IMG/VR virus record: IMGVR_UViG_3300044684_000224
Location: 14,820-78,819 of that record
Reading direction: 5' to 3' (one strand)
From: a virus
DNA length: 64,000 nucleotides
Made by a program: the position numbers and the translations under genes. The number at the start of each line of letters is the position of its first letter. Position 1 is the first letter of the stretch. The notes beneath the pieces are model-generated. The model made no database searches. It saw only the letters and a program-made list of their open reading frames with translations, and was not told the DNA's origin. Positions 1 through 9,003 of the stretch are shown here, piece by piece.

Positions 1-534
1 GGTGACGAGGCGGTGCAGTACCTGGCGGTGACGCAGCAGGCCGACCAGATCAAGGCGGTGTTGGCGGCTGGGGATCCGGTGGTGTTCGGGTTCACCGTGT
101 ACGCCAGTTTCGAGTCCGACGCGGTGGCGCAGTCCGGTGACGCTCCGATGCCGGCGCCGGGCGAGCAGGAGGTGGGTGGGCACTGTGTGGTGTGTGTCGG
201 CTACGACGATGCCCGTGGTGTGTGGATTTGCCGCAACTCGTGGGGCACTGGCTGGGGTAAGGGCGGCTATTTCACGCTGCCCTACGCCTATCTCACCGAC
301 GGGAATTTGGCGTCGGATTTCTGGACGGTGAAGCAGGTGACTGTGGCGCAGCCGTCGCCGTCTCCTGTCCCGCCGCAGCCCGGTCCCGCTCCGCAGCCGC
401 CGACGCCCAGTCATGACCCGGCAGATCTCGCACTAGTGGCCACACTCGGTCCGTGGAGTCGTGAGCACCACATCGGCAAGAACGAGGTCGCCGCACGGGC
501 GTTCATCGCATGGCGCGAAACGAAAGGGCTCTGA
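1..534 (+). CDS. Papain-like C1 family cysteine peptidase, C-terminal part (5' partial)
   Basis: Catalytic His motif GGHCVVCVGYDD and Asn motif RNSWGTGWGKGGYF; frame is open from base 1, so the catalytic Cys lies upstream of the window; Pro-rich linker near the end. Confidence 0.85.
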   Translation, partial: GDEAVQYLAVTQQADQIKAVLAAGDPVVFGFTVYASFESDAVAQSGDAPMPAPGEQEVGGHCVVCVGYDDARGVWICRNSWGTGWGKGGYFTLPYAYLTDGNLASDFWTVKQVTVAQPSPSPVPPQPGPAPQPPTPSHDPADLALVATLGPWSREHHIGKNEVAARAFIAWRETKGL

Positions 535-536
535 CG

Positions 537-770
537 ATGGTCGACAACCAGCACATGCAGATCAAGGGATACAGGGACCTCACGCAGGACGAGATCGACC
601 TGATCAACGAGGTGAAGCGCATGGAGCAGGGCGTGGCCGCGCTCCTGCGGCGCATCGGCGAATCCGGCGGCACGCCCCGTGAACTGGCGATCGCTCGGCA
701 TCACAGCGAGGACCTGTTCTCCCGTGCGGTCAAGGCGGTCGCCAAGCCGGCGAATCCGTACGAGGGCTGA
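537..770 (+). CDS. acb2: Anti-CBASS Acb2/Tad1-like cyclic-nucleotide sponge protein
   Basis: N-terminus MVDNQHMQIKGYRDLTQDEIDLINEVK matches the Acb2 signature as I recall it ([26 protein letters not shown]); C-terminal RAVKAVAKP resembles RAIAQP; 77 aa. Confidence 0.8.
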   Translation: MVDNQHMQIKGYRDLTQDEIDLINEVKRMEQGVAALLRRIGESGGTPRELAIARHHSEDLFSRAVKAVAKPANPYEG

Positions 771-774
771 CGCG

Positions 775-1059
775 ATGGACGAGCATGACGAGGGCCACGA
801 GTTGGTGATGCCGTTCGTCACCGTGGCCACAGTGGGCGGTCCGCACGACGACGAGGCGTACACGGCCGGCTGGGAAATGGGCTCGCTCGACGCCGAGCTC
901 CAGCATGCCGCGCCGGCCATAGTGGAGCGCACGATCCACGAGTGCAACGCGAAACAGGCCGACCTGATCGCGATGCGGCATGGCTACCTCGTGAACCTCT
1001 ACAACCTCGGCGACGGGTGGATGTCGCTGAAGCTCACGAAGCAGTCGGAGCGTGTGTGA
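775..1059 (+). CDS. Hypothetical phage protein
   Basis: 94-aa ORF tightly packed in the operon. Confidence 0.6.
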   Translation: MDEHDEGHELVMPFVTVATVGGPHDDEAYTAGWEMGSLDAELQHAAPAIVERTIHECNAKQADLIAMRHGYLVNLYNLGDGWMSLKLTKQSERV

Positions 1060-1358
1060 TGCAGTACGGATGGAAAGGCGCCCGCGCCTACCTCGTCGTC
1101 GGTGTGCGGCTTCTCGCGCTGGGCGTGCTGCGCCACTTCGGCGTCAAGGCGTACGACTTCGACGACAACACGGCCGTACGTGCCTACGTCCTGTCCTGCG
1201 CATTCGAACCGGTGGTGACCGAGCGTGCTGAGACAGTCCAAGTCGGCTGGCAATGTCCGCACGCCTCAATGACAACCGGCGGCCTCAGTGGCATCGAGGC
1301 GTTGAGTTCGACGTGTGGCTGCCGGATGACGCCGGTCTACGACATGGCGAGGCTGTGA
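1059..1358 (+). CDS. Hypothetical protein
   Basis: TGATG coupling at both ends. Confidence 0.5.
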   Translation: MQYGWKGARAYLVVGVRLLALGVLRHFGVKAYDFDDNTAVRAYVLSCAFEPVVTERAETVQVGWQCPHASMTTGGLSGIEALSSTCGCRMTPVYDMARL

Positions 1359-1527
1359 TGTCCCGCTGGCGCACCCCGCGCGACTGGTACCGCACCCGTC
1401 TGGCGATGCAACGCTCCCAGGCCCAGGAGCCCTGGACATGTGGGGCGTGTGGCCGCTACCTGTACGGCTACATCCGGCACTGGCACTACACGCTGAGGTG
1501 GATCTCGGGATGGAAGGAGCCAGCGTG

Positions 1528-1743
1528 ATGAACCTCAACGGCACCAACGATTCGGCCGATCGGATCGCGGCGCTGGAACGGCAGATCGCTGCGATGCAGG
1601 CCGAACTGGCTCTGCTGAAGGGTGCACGGGCCGTGCCGACAGACGGCATGTGCGCGTCGTGTCGGCTGGCGTTGCAGCGCGGCGGGTCGGCGGTGTGCAA
1701 CTGCACCACGTTCGCCCCGAAGATCATGTGCGCGGTGACGTGA
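1528..1743 (+). CDS. Hypothetical protein (coiled coil plus Cys cluster)
   Basis: Coupled start; DRIAALERQIAAMQAELALL followed by CASC and CNC. Confidence 0.5.
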   Translation: MNLNGTNDSADRIAALERQIAAMQAELALLKGARAVPTDGMCASCRLALQRGGSAVCNCTTFAPKIMCAVT

Positions 1744-2069
1744 TGGTACTGACGAGCGATCCACATGATCCGCGCCTGACGCATGGCGTCGACGCCGAGC
1801 CGGTACCGCAAGCGCCGGCATATCTGGTGCTGTCCGACGAGGAACGAGCCAAGGGATTCGTGCGGCCGGTTCGCCGGTCCTATCAGCATCAGGCGTGCGG
1901 GACGATCACGACGATGGGCCGGTCCATCGCCGAGACCTACGCCGCGCAGCCGACGTTCTACGGCGCGACATACTGCTGCGGGTGCAGGAAGCATCTGCCG
2001 GTCGGGCCGGACGGCGAGTTCGTCTGGGTGGAGAACGGCGAGCCCACCGACCTGAAGGTCGGCGCCTGA
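1743..2069 (+). CDS. Conserved phage Cys/His-rich hypothetical protein
   Basis: EERAKGFVRPVRRSYQHQACG and FYGATYCCGCRKHLPV; a family I recognise from phages, function unknown; TGATG coupling. Confidence 0.7.
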   Translation: MVLTSDPHDPRLTHGVDAEPVPQAPAYLVLSDEERAKGFVRPVRRSYQHQACGTITTMGRSIAETYAAQPTFYGATYCCGCRKHLPVGPDGEFVWVENGEPTDLKVGA

Positions 2070-2259
2070 TGGCCGCGATGATGCGTTCCCGCCAGTACGG
2101 CAACCCGTGCCGGGTCGAGGGCCACGGCTCTCGGTGCGAGGTCTCGCACGAGCGTCCCCTTGTCCACCGGGCATGGGAGAAGCGCGCGTGGCGCACAGCG
2201 GAGTTGGGACGTGGCACTACGGGCCAAGCGCGGACAGCGAACCGTTGGAGCGTGGGCTG

Positions 2260-2451
2260 ATGTTCCGGCCCGGAGGACACAACCCCCACACCGTCTACTG
2301 GGACGACGAGGGGTCCGATCCGAACCGGTTCGTCGCGGTGGCCATGACACCGACGGCGGCGGTGCGGATCGCTGATGCCCTGAACCGGGCGGGCGTCGAA
2401 GGGGACTGGATTGACGCGCTGCCGCCAATTCCGAAAAGGGGGACAGCATGA
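2260..2451 (+). CDS. Hypothetical protein
   Basis: TGATG start; ATGA overlap with the endolysin start. Confidence 0.5.
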   Translation: MFRPGGHNPHTVYWDDEGSDPNRFVAVAMTPTAAVRIADALNRAGVEGDWIDALPPIPKRGTA

Positions 2452-3308
2452 GGACTCTCTACGATTCGACCAACTGGTCCGCCATCCCGACCACGGCGCA
2501 GATGGTCGCCGGCTACGTCCCTCCGTCCGGATTCGCCTGGCCCCAGTCCGCATGGAACCGGTTCCCGAACAGCATCCATGTCCGGATCACCCCGCAGGTG
2601 TCCACCACTGGTGTGGGTGTGCAGGTGCTGGACGTGGAGCAGGGCGACGCCACCCCGGCACAGGCGCCCGGCTGGGTGATCACCCAACGTCGGCTGGGCC
2701 AGGCCCCGACGGTCTACTGCTCGGCCGCACTGTGGCCCACCGTGCAACGGGCGTTCACCGCGGCCGGTGTGCCGCACCCCTGCTACTGGATCGCCGCCTA
2801 CCCCGGCGGCGGCCCGACGCTGCCCACCCTGAACGGCATCACCGCCGTGGCCCACCAGTACGCCGACCCGACCACTTCGGGCGGCGACTACGACCTGTCC
2901 GTCGTGGCCGACTTCTGGCCCGGCGTCGACCAAGGAGGAAACATGACGACCCCAGTCCAGATCGACCTCAACCAGCCGCTGCCGGACCCGGCGTCCGTGG
3001 CTGGCACCGGCACCGTCGGCGAGGCACTCACCGTGATGCTCGGCGGCATCGCCGGCAAACGCAACGCCGGCGCCGGCGCGGTCGAGGAAGCCCAGATTGA
3101 CGCCGACCTGCACAACGTCCTCGCCGCCGTGGCTGGCGCCGACTCCGACGTCAAGGCCGGCATCGCCCAGGTGGCCTCTGCCATCGCCGCACTCCCGGCC
3201 GGACAGCCACCGACCGATGCCCAGATGCAGGCCCTCACCGCCGCGGTCACCAAGGCACTGCCCGGCTACACCGTCAACATCACCCCAACCGCCGGGAGCA
3301 CCTCATGA
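2448..3308 (+). CDS. Putative endolysin (GH25/DUF1906-like glycoside hydrolase)
   Basis: LYDS, LDVEQGDATP, PTVYCS, YWIAAY, AHQY and YDLSVV motifs of GH25-like barrels; precedes a holin-like gene. Confidence 0.65.
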   Translation: MRTLYDSTNWSAIPTTAQMVAGYVPPSGFAWPQSAWNRFPNSIHVRITPQVSTTGVGVQVLDVEQGDATPAQAPGWVITQRRLGQAPTVYCSAALWPTVQRAFTAAGVPHPCYWIAAYPGGGPTLPTLNGITAVAHQYADPTTSGGDYDLSVVADFWPGVDQGGNMTTPVQIDLNQPLPDPASVAGTGTVGEALTVMLGGIAGKRNAGAGAVEEAQIDADLHNVLAAVAGADSDVKAGIAQVASAIAALPAGQPPTDAQMQALTAAVTKALPGYTVNITPTAGSTS

Positions 3309-3496
3309 GCCGCTACGCCAAGGCCATCGCCGCACTGCTCGGCGGGCTCACCCGGGCCGTGGTGATCGGCATCCTCGCCCTGGTCCACGTGCACATCGAC
3401 CCGACACTGGCGGCCGGGATCTGCACCGTGCTCGCCACCCTGGCCACGATCATCGCCCCGGCGAACAAGACGGCCGCCAAGCCACCGGCTGCCTGA
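3305..3496 (+). CDS. Holin-like small membrane protein
   Basis: 63 aa, two hydrophobic helices, YAKAIAALLGG N-terminus, basic tail, ATGA-coupled to the lysin. Confidence 0.65.
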   Translation: MSRYAKAIAALLGGLTRAVVIGILALVHVHIDPTLAAGICTVLATLATIIAPANKTAAKPPAA

Positions 3497-3506
3497 TCCC
3501 TGAACG

Positions 3507-3545
3507 CTGCCCGGCCGGTCGCCGTGGGGACGACTGGCCGGGCAG
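3507..3545 (+). terminator. Stem-loop after the holin
   Basis: CTGCCCGGCCGGTCG / CGACTGGCCGGGCAG, 14 of 15 positions paired. Confidence 0.5.
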
Positions 3546-3581
3546 TACCCCGAGATTCCCCACATCCCCACAGGAGAAGGC

Positions 3582-4238
3582 ATGTCCAACATCCAACTGT
3601 TCAGCAACGACGAGTTCGAGTTGTCCGTCGAGTACATCGACGACACGTTCCGCGCGTACGGTCCACATCTGGCACGCCAACTGGCGTTTCGGGACGCGTA
3701 CGACCTCGTCCGCAACCTGGAGTCTGACGAAAAGACGCAGGTCGAGACGCACCGGACTGGTCCGGTGCCTGTTGACCAGCAGATATGGTGGCTGACCGAG
3801 CCGGGATTCTTCCGCGTGATCTCGCAGCGCCAAGTGGCTCGCATCAAGGACAGCGAGACCCGCGACAGAGTGCGCCGCTTCCAGCGGTGGGTGTTCCACG
3901 AGGTGCTGCCGTCGATCCGGCGTCACGGTGCCTACGTCATCACCGAGCCGGCATCGCTCACCTGGGAGCAGACCGCGCAGCGCTTGTACCAGATGTACGG
4001 CCTGCCGCTGTGTGCCGCGCAGATTACCGGCACGCTCAAGTCCGCCGGGGTACTGCGCCAGAACGGGAACCCGTGCGTGAAGTACCGAGACTGGTTCTGG
4101 ATGACCGGCACCGGAACGGTGAACGTGCTCGACTTTGTGCTGCCGAAGATCGCGGCCAAGCTGACGGAGACGCGTTCGAAGATGCTGGAACGCCAGCAGT
4201 GGTACCAGCTCCGGCTACAACTCGATCCGTCACCCTGA
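3582..4238 (+). CDS. BRO-N family antirepressor-like protein
   Basis: LTEPGFFRVI and RFQRWVFHEVLPSIRRHGAY, the Bro-N signature; GGAGAAGG RBS. Confidence 0.85.
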   Translation: MSNIQLFSNDEFELSVEYIDDTFRAYGPHLARQLAFRDAYDLVRNLESDEKTQVETHRTGPVPVDQQIWWLTEPGFFRVISQRQVARIKDSETRDRVRRFQRWVFHEVLPSIRRHGAYVITEPASLTWEQTAQRLYQMYGLPLCAAQITGTLKSAGVLRQNGNPCVKYRDWFWMTGTGTVNVLDFVLPKIAAKLTETRSKMLERQQWYQLRLQLDPSP

Positions 4239-4268
4239 GACCGGCCACGCGCCCAGAAGGAGCACCCG

Positions 4269-4493
4269 ATGATCGACCTACCCCCCGACCAGGAGTACAA
4301 CGCTCGCGTCCACCAGATCGCCGAAGTCCTCCGCACCCACCAATACGACGAAGGCACCGACGGCCGCTACTCGGGCCGGTGCTTCTGCGGCAACCAGATG
4401 GGCGACCAGGAGAACCACCAGGCCATGGCCCTGATCCAGGACGGCCTAGTCCCGCTCCACCAGCCGCCGATAGAAGCGGCGGTCAGCGCGTAG
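4269..4493 (+). CDS. Hypothetical protein
   Basis: AGGAG RBS, 74 aa, CFCG..H motif. Confidence 0.6.
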   Translation: MIDLPPDQEYNARVHQIAEVLRTHQYDEGTDGRYSGRCFCGNQMGDQENHQAMALIQDGLVPLHQPPIEAAVSA

Positions 4494-4537
4494 TTCGACC
4501 CCAGACCGGCCGGCGTCCTTCCCCCGTCGCCGGCCAC

Positions 4538-4582
4538 GAAACCCCCTCGCCACCACCGTGCCGCGGTGGCGAGGGGGCTTTC
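4538..4582 (+). terminator. Intrinsic-terminator-like hairpin
   Basis: GAAACCCCCTCGCCACC ... GGTGGCGAGGGGGCTTTC. Confidence 0.6.
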
Positions 4583-4976
4583 GACGTGCCTGCATGCATG
4601 CGGACCAAGAGCGGGTTTGTCGATCTTCGTTAGCGCCAATGACCTGCGATTAGGCGCAGGACCAGCGTCCTGCGCGACCGTTGGCCCGTGGCCAACGGTC
4701 AGGGCCGACGACAGGGCATGATCACGGTCGACGTGCCAGCCTTCCTGACCAGGTCATATACCGAAAGTCTAGATCAAATCGAACAGGAGCGGCATGCATC
4801 GCTAGATCGAATGACACGCGTGTAGTTCCCAAGGCGCTCACGGGATGAAGCCGTCGTTAAGCAGCGGTAGGCTACGAATCAATGAAGCCCGGGGCCGATT
4901 GCGCCGGCCCCGGGCTCATGCTCCCGCGTAGTACCCGCTACCGGGAGCGTGGTCACCCACGAAGAGAGAAAAGAGA

Positions 4977-5729
4977 GTGACAGTGCACCCTAACAGTGGC
5001 GAGGTTGCCCGCGCGGCGAACGATGGTCACGAATCCGTCTTCGACAAGATCAAGCATGTGGATGCTCGCGGAGAGTGGTGGTCCGCCCGCGAGTTGATGC
5101 CTCTGATGGGTTACAGCCGGTGGCAGGTGTTCGAGGTCCCGCTCAACCGGGCCATGAAGGCCGCCGAGAACACGGCCATGAACGTGACCAGCCAGTTTAC
5201 GCGATCCCGTAATGTGGCGCCCCGCTCTCAGGGTGGCGGCAATGCCCAGGATGATTACCAGTTGTCCCGGCAGGCCGCGTATCTCGTGGCCATGAACGGC
5301 GATCCGAACAAGGTCGAGGTGGCCGCTGCGCAGGCGTACTTCGCGGCACGCACCCATGAGGCTGAACTTGCCCAGCAGGAGCATGACGCGCTGCCCGACT
5401 GGGCGGTCCAGCAGATCGCGACGATCCGGCGCGTCGGCCGCCTCGAAGTCGAGCAGAAGATGCAGGGCGAGCGGCTGACTGCGGTCGAGTCCCGCGTGGA
5501 CGGTATCCAGGGCCGCTACGACTGGTACACCGCGCTGGGGTACGCCCGGCTGAAGGGGCTTCCGACGGCGCAGGGATACCTACAGCGCCTCGGGAAGTTG
5601 GCCGCGAACATCTGCCGCCGCGACGGCATTGAGCCGGAGACGGCTCAGGATCGGCGGTACGGCGGTGTCGGGTCGTATCCGGTCGCCGCACTGGACGAGG
5701 CTGCGACCCACCTGTCGCACGCGGCGTAG
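4977..5729 (+). CDS. DinD-like/BRO antirepressor
   Basis: WWSARELMPLMGYSRW and YQLSRQAAYLVAMNGDPNKVEVAAAQAYFA, typical of DinD-like phage antirepressors. Confidence 0.85.
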   Translation: MTVHPNSGEVARAANDGHESVFDKIKHVDARGEWWSARELMPLMGYSRWQVFEVPLNRAMKAAENTAMNVTSQFTRSRNVAPRSQGGGNAQDDYQLSRQAAYLVAMNGDPNKVEVAAAQAYFAARTHEAELAQQEHDALPDWAVQQIATIRRVGRLEVEQKMQGERLTAVESRVDGIQGRYDWYTALGYARLKGLPTAQGYLQRLGKLAANICRRDGIEPETAQDRRYGGVGSYPVAALDEAATHLSHAA

Positions 5730-5778
5730 TTCCCCTCGTCGGCGCGTCGACATACCATCGACACGCTGACCGTGGGAG

Positions 5779-5994
5779 GTGATCTCTGTGGGTGTGATCT
5801 TCCGGTCGCCGGACGGCCAGCACGTGATCACGGCGGACAGTCACCACGAGGCCGAGGACCAGATCCGCCAGTCCGGTGGCAGCCCAGCCGACTGGACGGT
5901 CGAGCTCACCCAGATCACCCGACAGGTCAACCCGTGGACCGAGTACTCCACGAACCTGCCGTGGCCCGGCTGGCGGGTCAGGCTCAACCCGTAG
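5779..5994 (+). CDS. Hypothetical protein
   Basis: GGGAGG RBS; 71 aa. Confidence 0.5.
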   Translation: MISVGVIFRSPDGQHVITADSHHEAEDQIRQSGGSPADWTVELTQITRQVNPWTEYSTNLPWPGWRVRLNP

Positions 5995-5998
5995 CGGG

Positions 5999-6217
5999 TC
6001 ACAGGATGTCGCCCGGCGCGTCGCGCCACTCGTCGATCTCCCGGAAGTAACCCTCCAGGGTGGCCGAGGTGGGGGAGTGACCGGTGATACTGGAGATGGT
6101 CTTGCGGTCATGCCGGGCCCGCCGCGCCTCGGTGGCCAGGCCGGCGCGCAGGCTGTGACCCGTGAGCCGGATCGGCACGCCCGCCAACTGCGCTTGCCGA
6201 CAGGAGAGGTCACCGTC
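5999..6217 (-). pseudogene. Tyrosine recombinase C-terminal remnant (Cre-like)
   Basis: LTGHSLRAGLATEA (HxxR), ITGHS and LEGY; about 70 codons only, bounded upstream by the stop of the next gene, with no N-terminal Arg/Lys motifs. Confidence 0.8.
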
Positions 6218-6388
6218 CTACTTCTTCCGCTTGTTCGTGTTACGAGGTGGAGGCTGGTCGGCGGGCATCGGGTTGTTCTTGTTGCCCTTGCCGGCTTCCC
6301 CGTCGTTCCACCAGCCGCTACCGCCGCACTGGGTGCAACCCCGGAGCGGACCACGAGGACCGGCGCACACCTGGCAAGGCCGTCGCAT
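6218..6388 (-). CDS. Small zinc-finger protein
   Basis: CQVC and CTQCGGSG motifs; 56 aa. Confidence 0.5.
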   Translation of the reverse strand: MRRPCQVCAGPRGPLRGCTQCGGSGWWNDGEAGKGNKNNPMPADQPPPRNTNKRKK

Positions 6389-6392
6389 CGCG

Positions 6393-6653
6393 TCAGACGC
6401 GCCACGGCGAGTCGCCCGTCCGGTCGGCCAGTTCGGTGCCCTGCTCCAGCGCGAGCACCAGTTCGCAGGCTTGACAGCGGCCGAACTCGTCCTCCGGGTC
6501 GGTGAGCGTGGCCGGGTCGGCGACGATCCCGGCCGGACACCGGGACTTCCACCGGCCACCCTCGACCACCTCGTGCCACGCGTGGTCCAGGCCGTCGCGT
6601 GGGTCGGTCAGCCACACGCCCCGGATGCCGCCGGGCTCGGTGTGCGCGGTCAT
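6393..6653 (-). CDS. Small zinc-finger-like protein
   Basis: HAW..SRC..GRCQAC pattern; AGGAG upstream. Confidence 0.55.
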   Translation of the reverse strand: MTAHTEPGGIRGVWLTDPRDGLDHAWHEVVEGGRWKSRCPAGIVADPATLTDPEDEFGRCQACELVLALEQGTELADRTGDSPWRV

Positions 6654-6893
6654 CGGCGGGTCTCCTGCGGCTTCGGGTCGGCGGGGCGCGGCTCGGGCGC
6701 GTTCGGCGGGTTGCAGGCGCACTCCGGGCCTGCGTGGCACTGGCTGGACAGCCACCGCGGACACGCGGCGCGGCGCTGCGCCTGGGGAGTCGCTGCGCTC
6801 ATGGCCGGCTCCGATCGGGACCGGTGGGCGCGACCGTCTCGGGGTGAACAGCCGCACCCACCGGAGTAGGGGAAAGTCGAGGACTAGGCATGG

Positions 6894-7205
6894 TCAGCAC
6901 CGCCCGGATTGGGCGATCACCGACATGACGGCGTCCGCTTGCGCTTCGGTGCCGCCGTAGCGCTGCGCCAACCCGACCGGGTTGGCCAAGTAGGGGCACG
7001 CCCGCGCCAGGATTGCTTGTACCTCGCCGGGGGTGACGGTGACACCGGTGCCGACCGCTTGCGCGGTCAACGCGGCGGCGAGACGCGCGTCGCTCCACGG
7101 CGCCGGCCGCGGACGGGGATGGTCGGGGGCGGCCAGCAGGGACACGACGACCACGAGGGTGAGCGCGGCCAGGATGACCCCGACGATGCGGGCCGCGCGC
7201 ATCAC
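6894..7205 (-). CDS. Membrane-anchored or secreted hypothetical protein
   Basis: N-terminal hydrophobic helix. Confidence 0.55.
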   Translation of the reverse strand: MMRAARIVGVILAALTLVVVVSLLAAPDHPRPRPAPWSDARLAAALTAQAVGTGVTVTPGEVQAILARACPYLANPVGLAQRYGGTEAQADAVMSVIAQSGRC

Positions 7206-7618
7206 GCGACACCCCCCGGGTGGTGCGCCGTGACCCCAGAAGCGGGCGCGCGTCCTGGGGCCACGGCGAGCTGGGGCACGGCAGGGACAGCGTCTAGGAA
7301 GGCTGCCCCTGCCGTGCGGTGCGCAGCGGAGCAGGAAACAGAGGTGTGCTCCGCTGCGCGGGACGCGGCGACGGGGGAGGACCCCACCCCGCGTGGAGTG
7401 GGTGGGATGGTCGCCGCGCAGCCGCCGGGATCACCGACGGCGGTTCGAGAAGCTGTAGCGAGTAGGTGGACCAGGGCACGGGCTGATTCCGGATCCAACG
7501 TGGCCGACCCGACCGCAGGCCACCCCAACACCACGCCAGCGGCGTCCGGGCACACGGCCAGGTACCGGACACGACCCGCGAAGTCCCGACAGGGCAGGCG
7601 CCAGCCGTGGGAGGTCAT
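7202..7618 (-). CDS. Hypothetical protein
   Basis: ATGA-coupled at both ends in the leftward operon. Confidence 0.5.
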   Translation of the reverse strand: MTSHGWRLPCRDFAGRVRYLAVCPDAAGVVLGWPAVGSATLDPESARALVHLLATASRTAVGDPGGCAATIPPTPRGVGSSPVAASRAAEHTSVSCSAAHRTAGAAFLDAVPAVPQLAVAPGRAPASGVTAHHPGGVA

Positions 7619-7800
7619 GTCAACTCGCTCTGGGCGATACCGATCGCGGCACCCAGTTTGATGCGAACCTCCTGGACGCGGTCCTCCGTGCCGTGCCAGG
7701 ACTTGCCGGCCGGCTCCATGTGAATCGACACAGGGCCGCCGGGTTCGGTGATGATGACCAGGACAGTGCCGGCGTTGTCGGTCGTGGTCCACCTGGCCAT
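7615..7800 (-). CDS. Hypothetical protein
   Basis: First gene of the leftward operon divergent from the XRE gene; 61 aa. Confidence 0.6.
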   Translation of the reverse strand: MARWTTTDNAGTVLVIITEPGGPVSIHMEPAGKSWHGTEDRVQEVRIKLGAAIGIAQSELT

Positions 7801-7837
7801 GTCGTTGCCCCGTCCCGGTAGGCTGGAATAATCGACC

Positions 7838-7869
7838 TGTTACGTAAACAGAGTGCGTGTTACGTAACA
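7838..7869. promoter_or_regulatory. Paired palindromic operator-like sites between divergent genes
   Basis: TGTTACGTAAACA (7838-7850) and the perfect palindrome TGTTACGTAACA (7858-7869) in an AT-rich intergenic region. Confidence 0.65.
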
Positions 7870-7931
7870 ACATAGCAATACCCTAACCGGGGGACATCAG
7901 GGCGACTGTGACCGGGTCGTACGCTTGCTAC

Positions 7932-8777
7932 ATGGCTGGAAACAGGGGCACCGCACACGAACTCGGCGCTGCCCTGCGTGCACTCAGGAGTCGCGCCGGG
8001 CTGACCACGCGCGCACTCGGCGACAAGATCGACGCTAGTGCTACGAACGTCTCCCACTGGGAACGCGGCGAGCGGCTCATTGCCGAACGACGGCTCGTGC
8101 GCTTCCTCGACGCCGTAGATGCCACCCCTGACGAGAGGGAAGAGTTGCTCGGCCTCCGTCGCCACGCGGACGGCCCCGGCCAACTCGTAGCCGGCACGCC
8201 GAGCATCGGCGCCCAGTTGGCCCAACTGATCGAATACGAGCAGGTCGCGCGCAGGATCACCGCCGTCGCGCCGCTACTCGTTCCAGGTCTCCTTCAAACG
8301 GGCGACTACGCTCGCGCGACCCTGAAGCATCACCGTGACATCGACACGCGTGTGGCGCTACGCCTCGGGCGCCGCGACATCTTGACGCGCACCAGGGAGC
8401 CTGCCGAGTTGGTCGCACTGATCGACTCCGAGGTGCTGGTGCGGCCAGTCGTGCGCGGACAGCCGTCCGTCATGGCTGAGCAACTACGCCATCTGCTCAC
8501 GATGAGCGCCCGGAACAACATCACGATTCAGATCGTGCAGAGCGCGACGGTTGGTTGGACACCAATCCTGGCCGGACCGTTCATCCTGCTCGAATTCGCC
8601 ACCGCGACACCAGTCGTGCACTTGGAGCACCACAGTGCAAGTGCGTTCCTATGGGAGGAGGAGGACGTCCAGCGCTTCACGGCTGCGGCCGAGGAGATCC
8701 GTAACGCGGCGATGACCCTGGAGGATTCATCCAGGGTCATCGCCGAGATCGTCAATGGGATGGAGACGACAACATGA
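7932..8777 (+). CDS. XRE HTH regulator with DUF5753 (Scr1-like) domain
   Basis: N-terminal HTH (LRALRSRAGLT..VSHWERGER); LVPGLLQTGDYA and RLGRRDIL motifs of DUF5753. Confidence 0.9.
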   Translation: MAGNRGTAHELGAALRALRSRAGLTTRALGDKIDASATNVSHWERGERLIAERRLVRFLDAVDATPDEREELLGLRRHADGPGQLVAGTPSIGAQLAQLIEYEQVARRITAVAPLLVPGLLQTGDYARATLKHHRDIDTRVALRLGRRDILTRTREPAELVALIDSEVLVRPVVRGQPSVMAEQLRHLLTMSARNNITIQIVQSATVGWTPILAGPFILLEFATATPVVHLEHHSASAFLWEEEDVQRFTAAAEEIRNAAMTLEDSSRVIAEIVNGMETTT

Positions 8778-8959
8778 CGGTACCAACCAGAGCGTCGAGG
8801 TGGCGGAAATCGAGCCGCAGCGACGGACATGACACCTGCGTCGAGGTCCATCACGACCTGACCGCAGTCCGCGACAGCAAGAACACGGCCGGTCCGACCC
8901 TGCGCGGTGACGTGACCGCGCTCGTCGCGGCCATCAGGGCCGGCAAGATCGGCCGATAG
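8774..8959 (+). CDS. DUF397 domain protein (Scr2-like partner)
   Basis: WRKSSRS..CVEV..AVRDSKN..GPTL. Confidence 0.92.
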   Translation: MTVPTRASRWRKSSRSDGHDTCVEVHHDLTAVRDSKNTAGPTLRGDVTALVAAIRAGKIGR

Positions 8960-8969
8960 TCTGGTCAGG

Positions 8970-9000
8970 CGCCCCCGACACTGTCATGGTGTCGGGGGCG
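8970..9000. terminator. Bidirectional terminator-like hairpin between convergent genes
   Basis: Perfect 12-bp stem CGCCCCCGACAC / GTGTCGGGGGCG with a 7-nt loop. Confidence 0.7.
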
Positions 9001-9003
9001 TCA

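Noticed and set aside
4881-4920. Inverted repeat GAAGCCCGGGGCCG / CGGCCCCGGGCTC upstream of the DinD-like gene
   Set aside because: Real hairpin, but no evidence to separate terminator, operator or leader structure; too generic to call.
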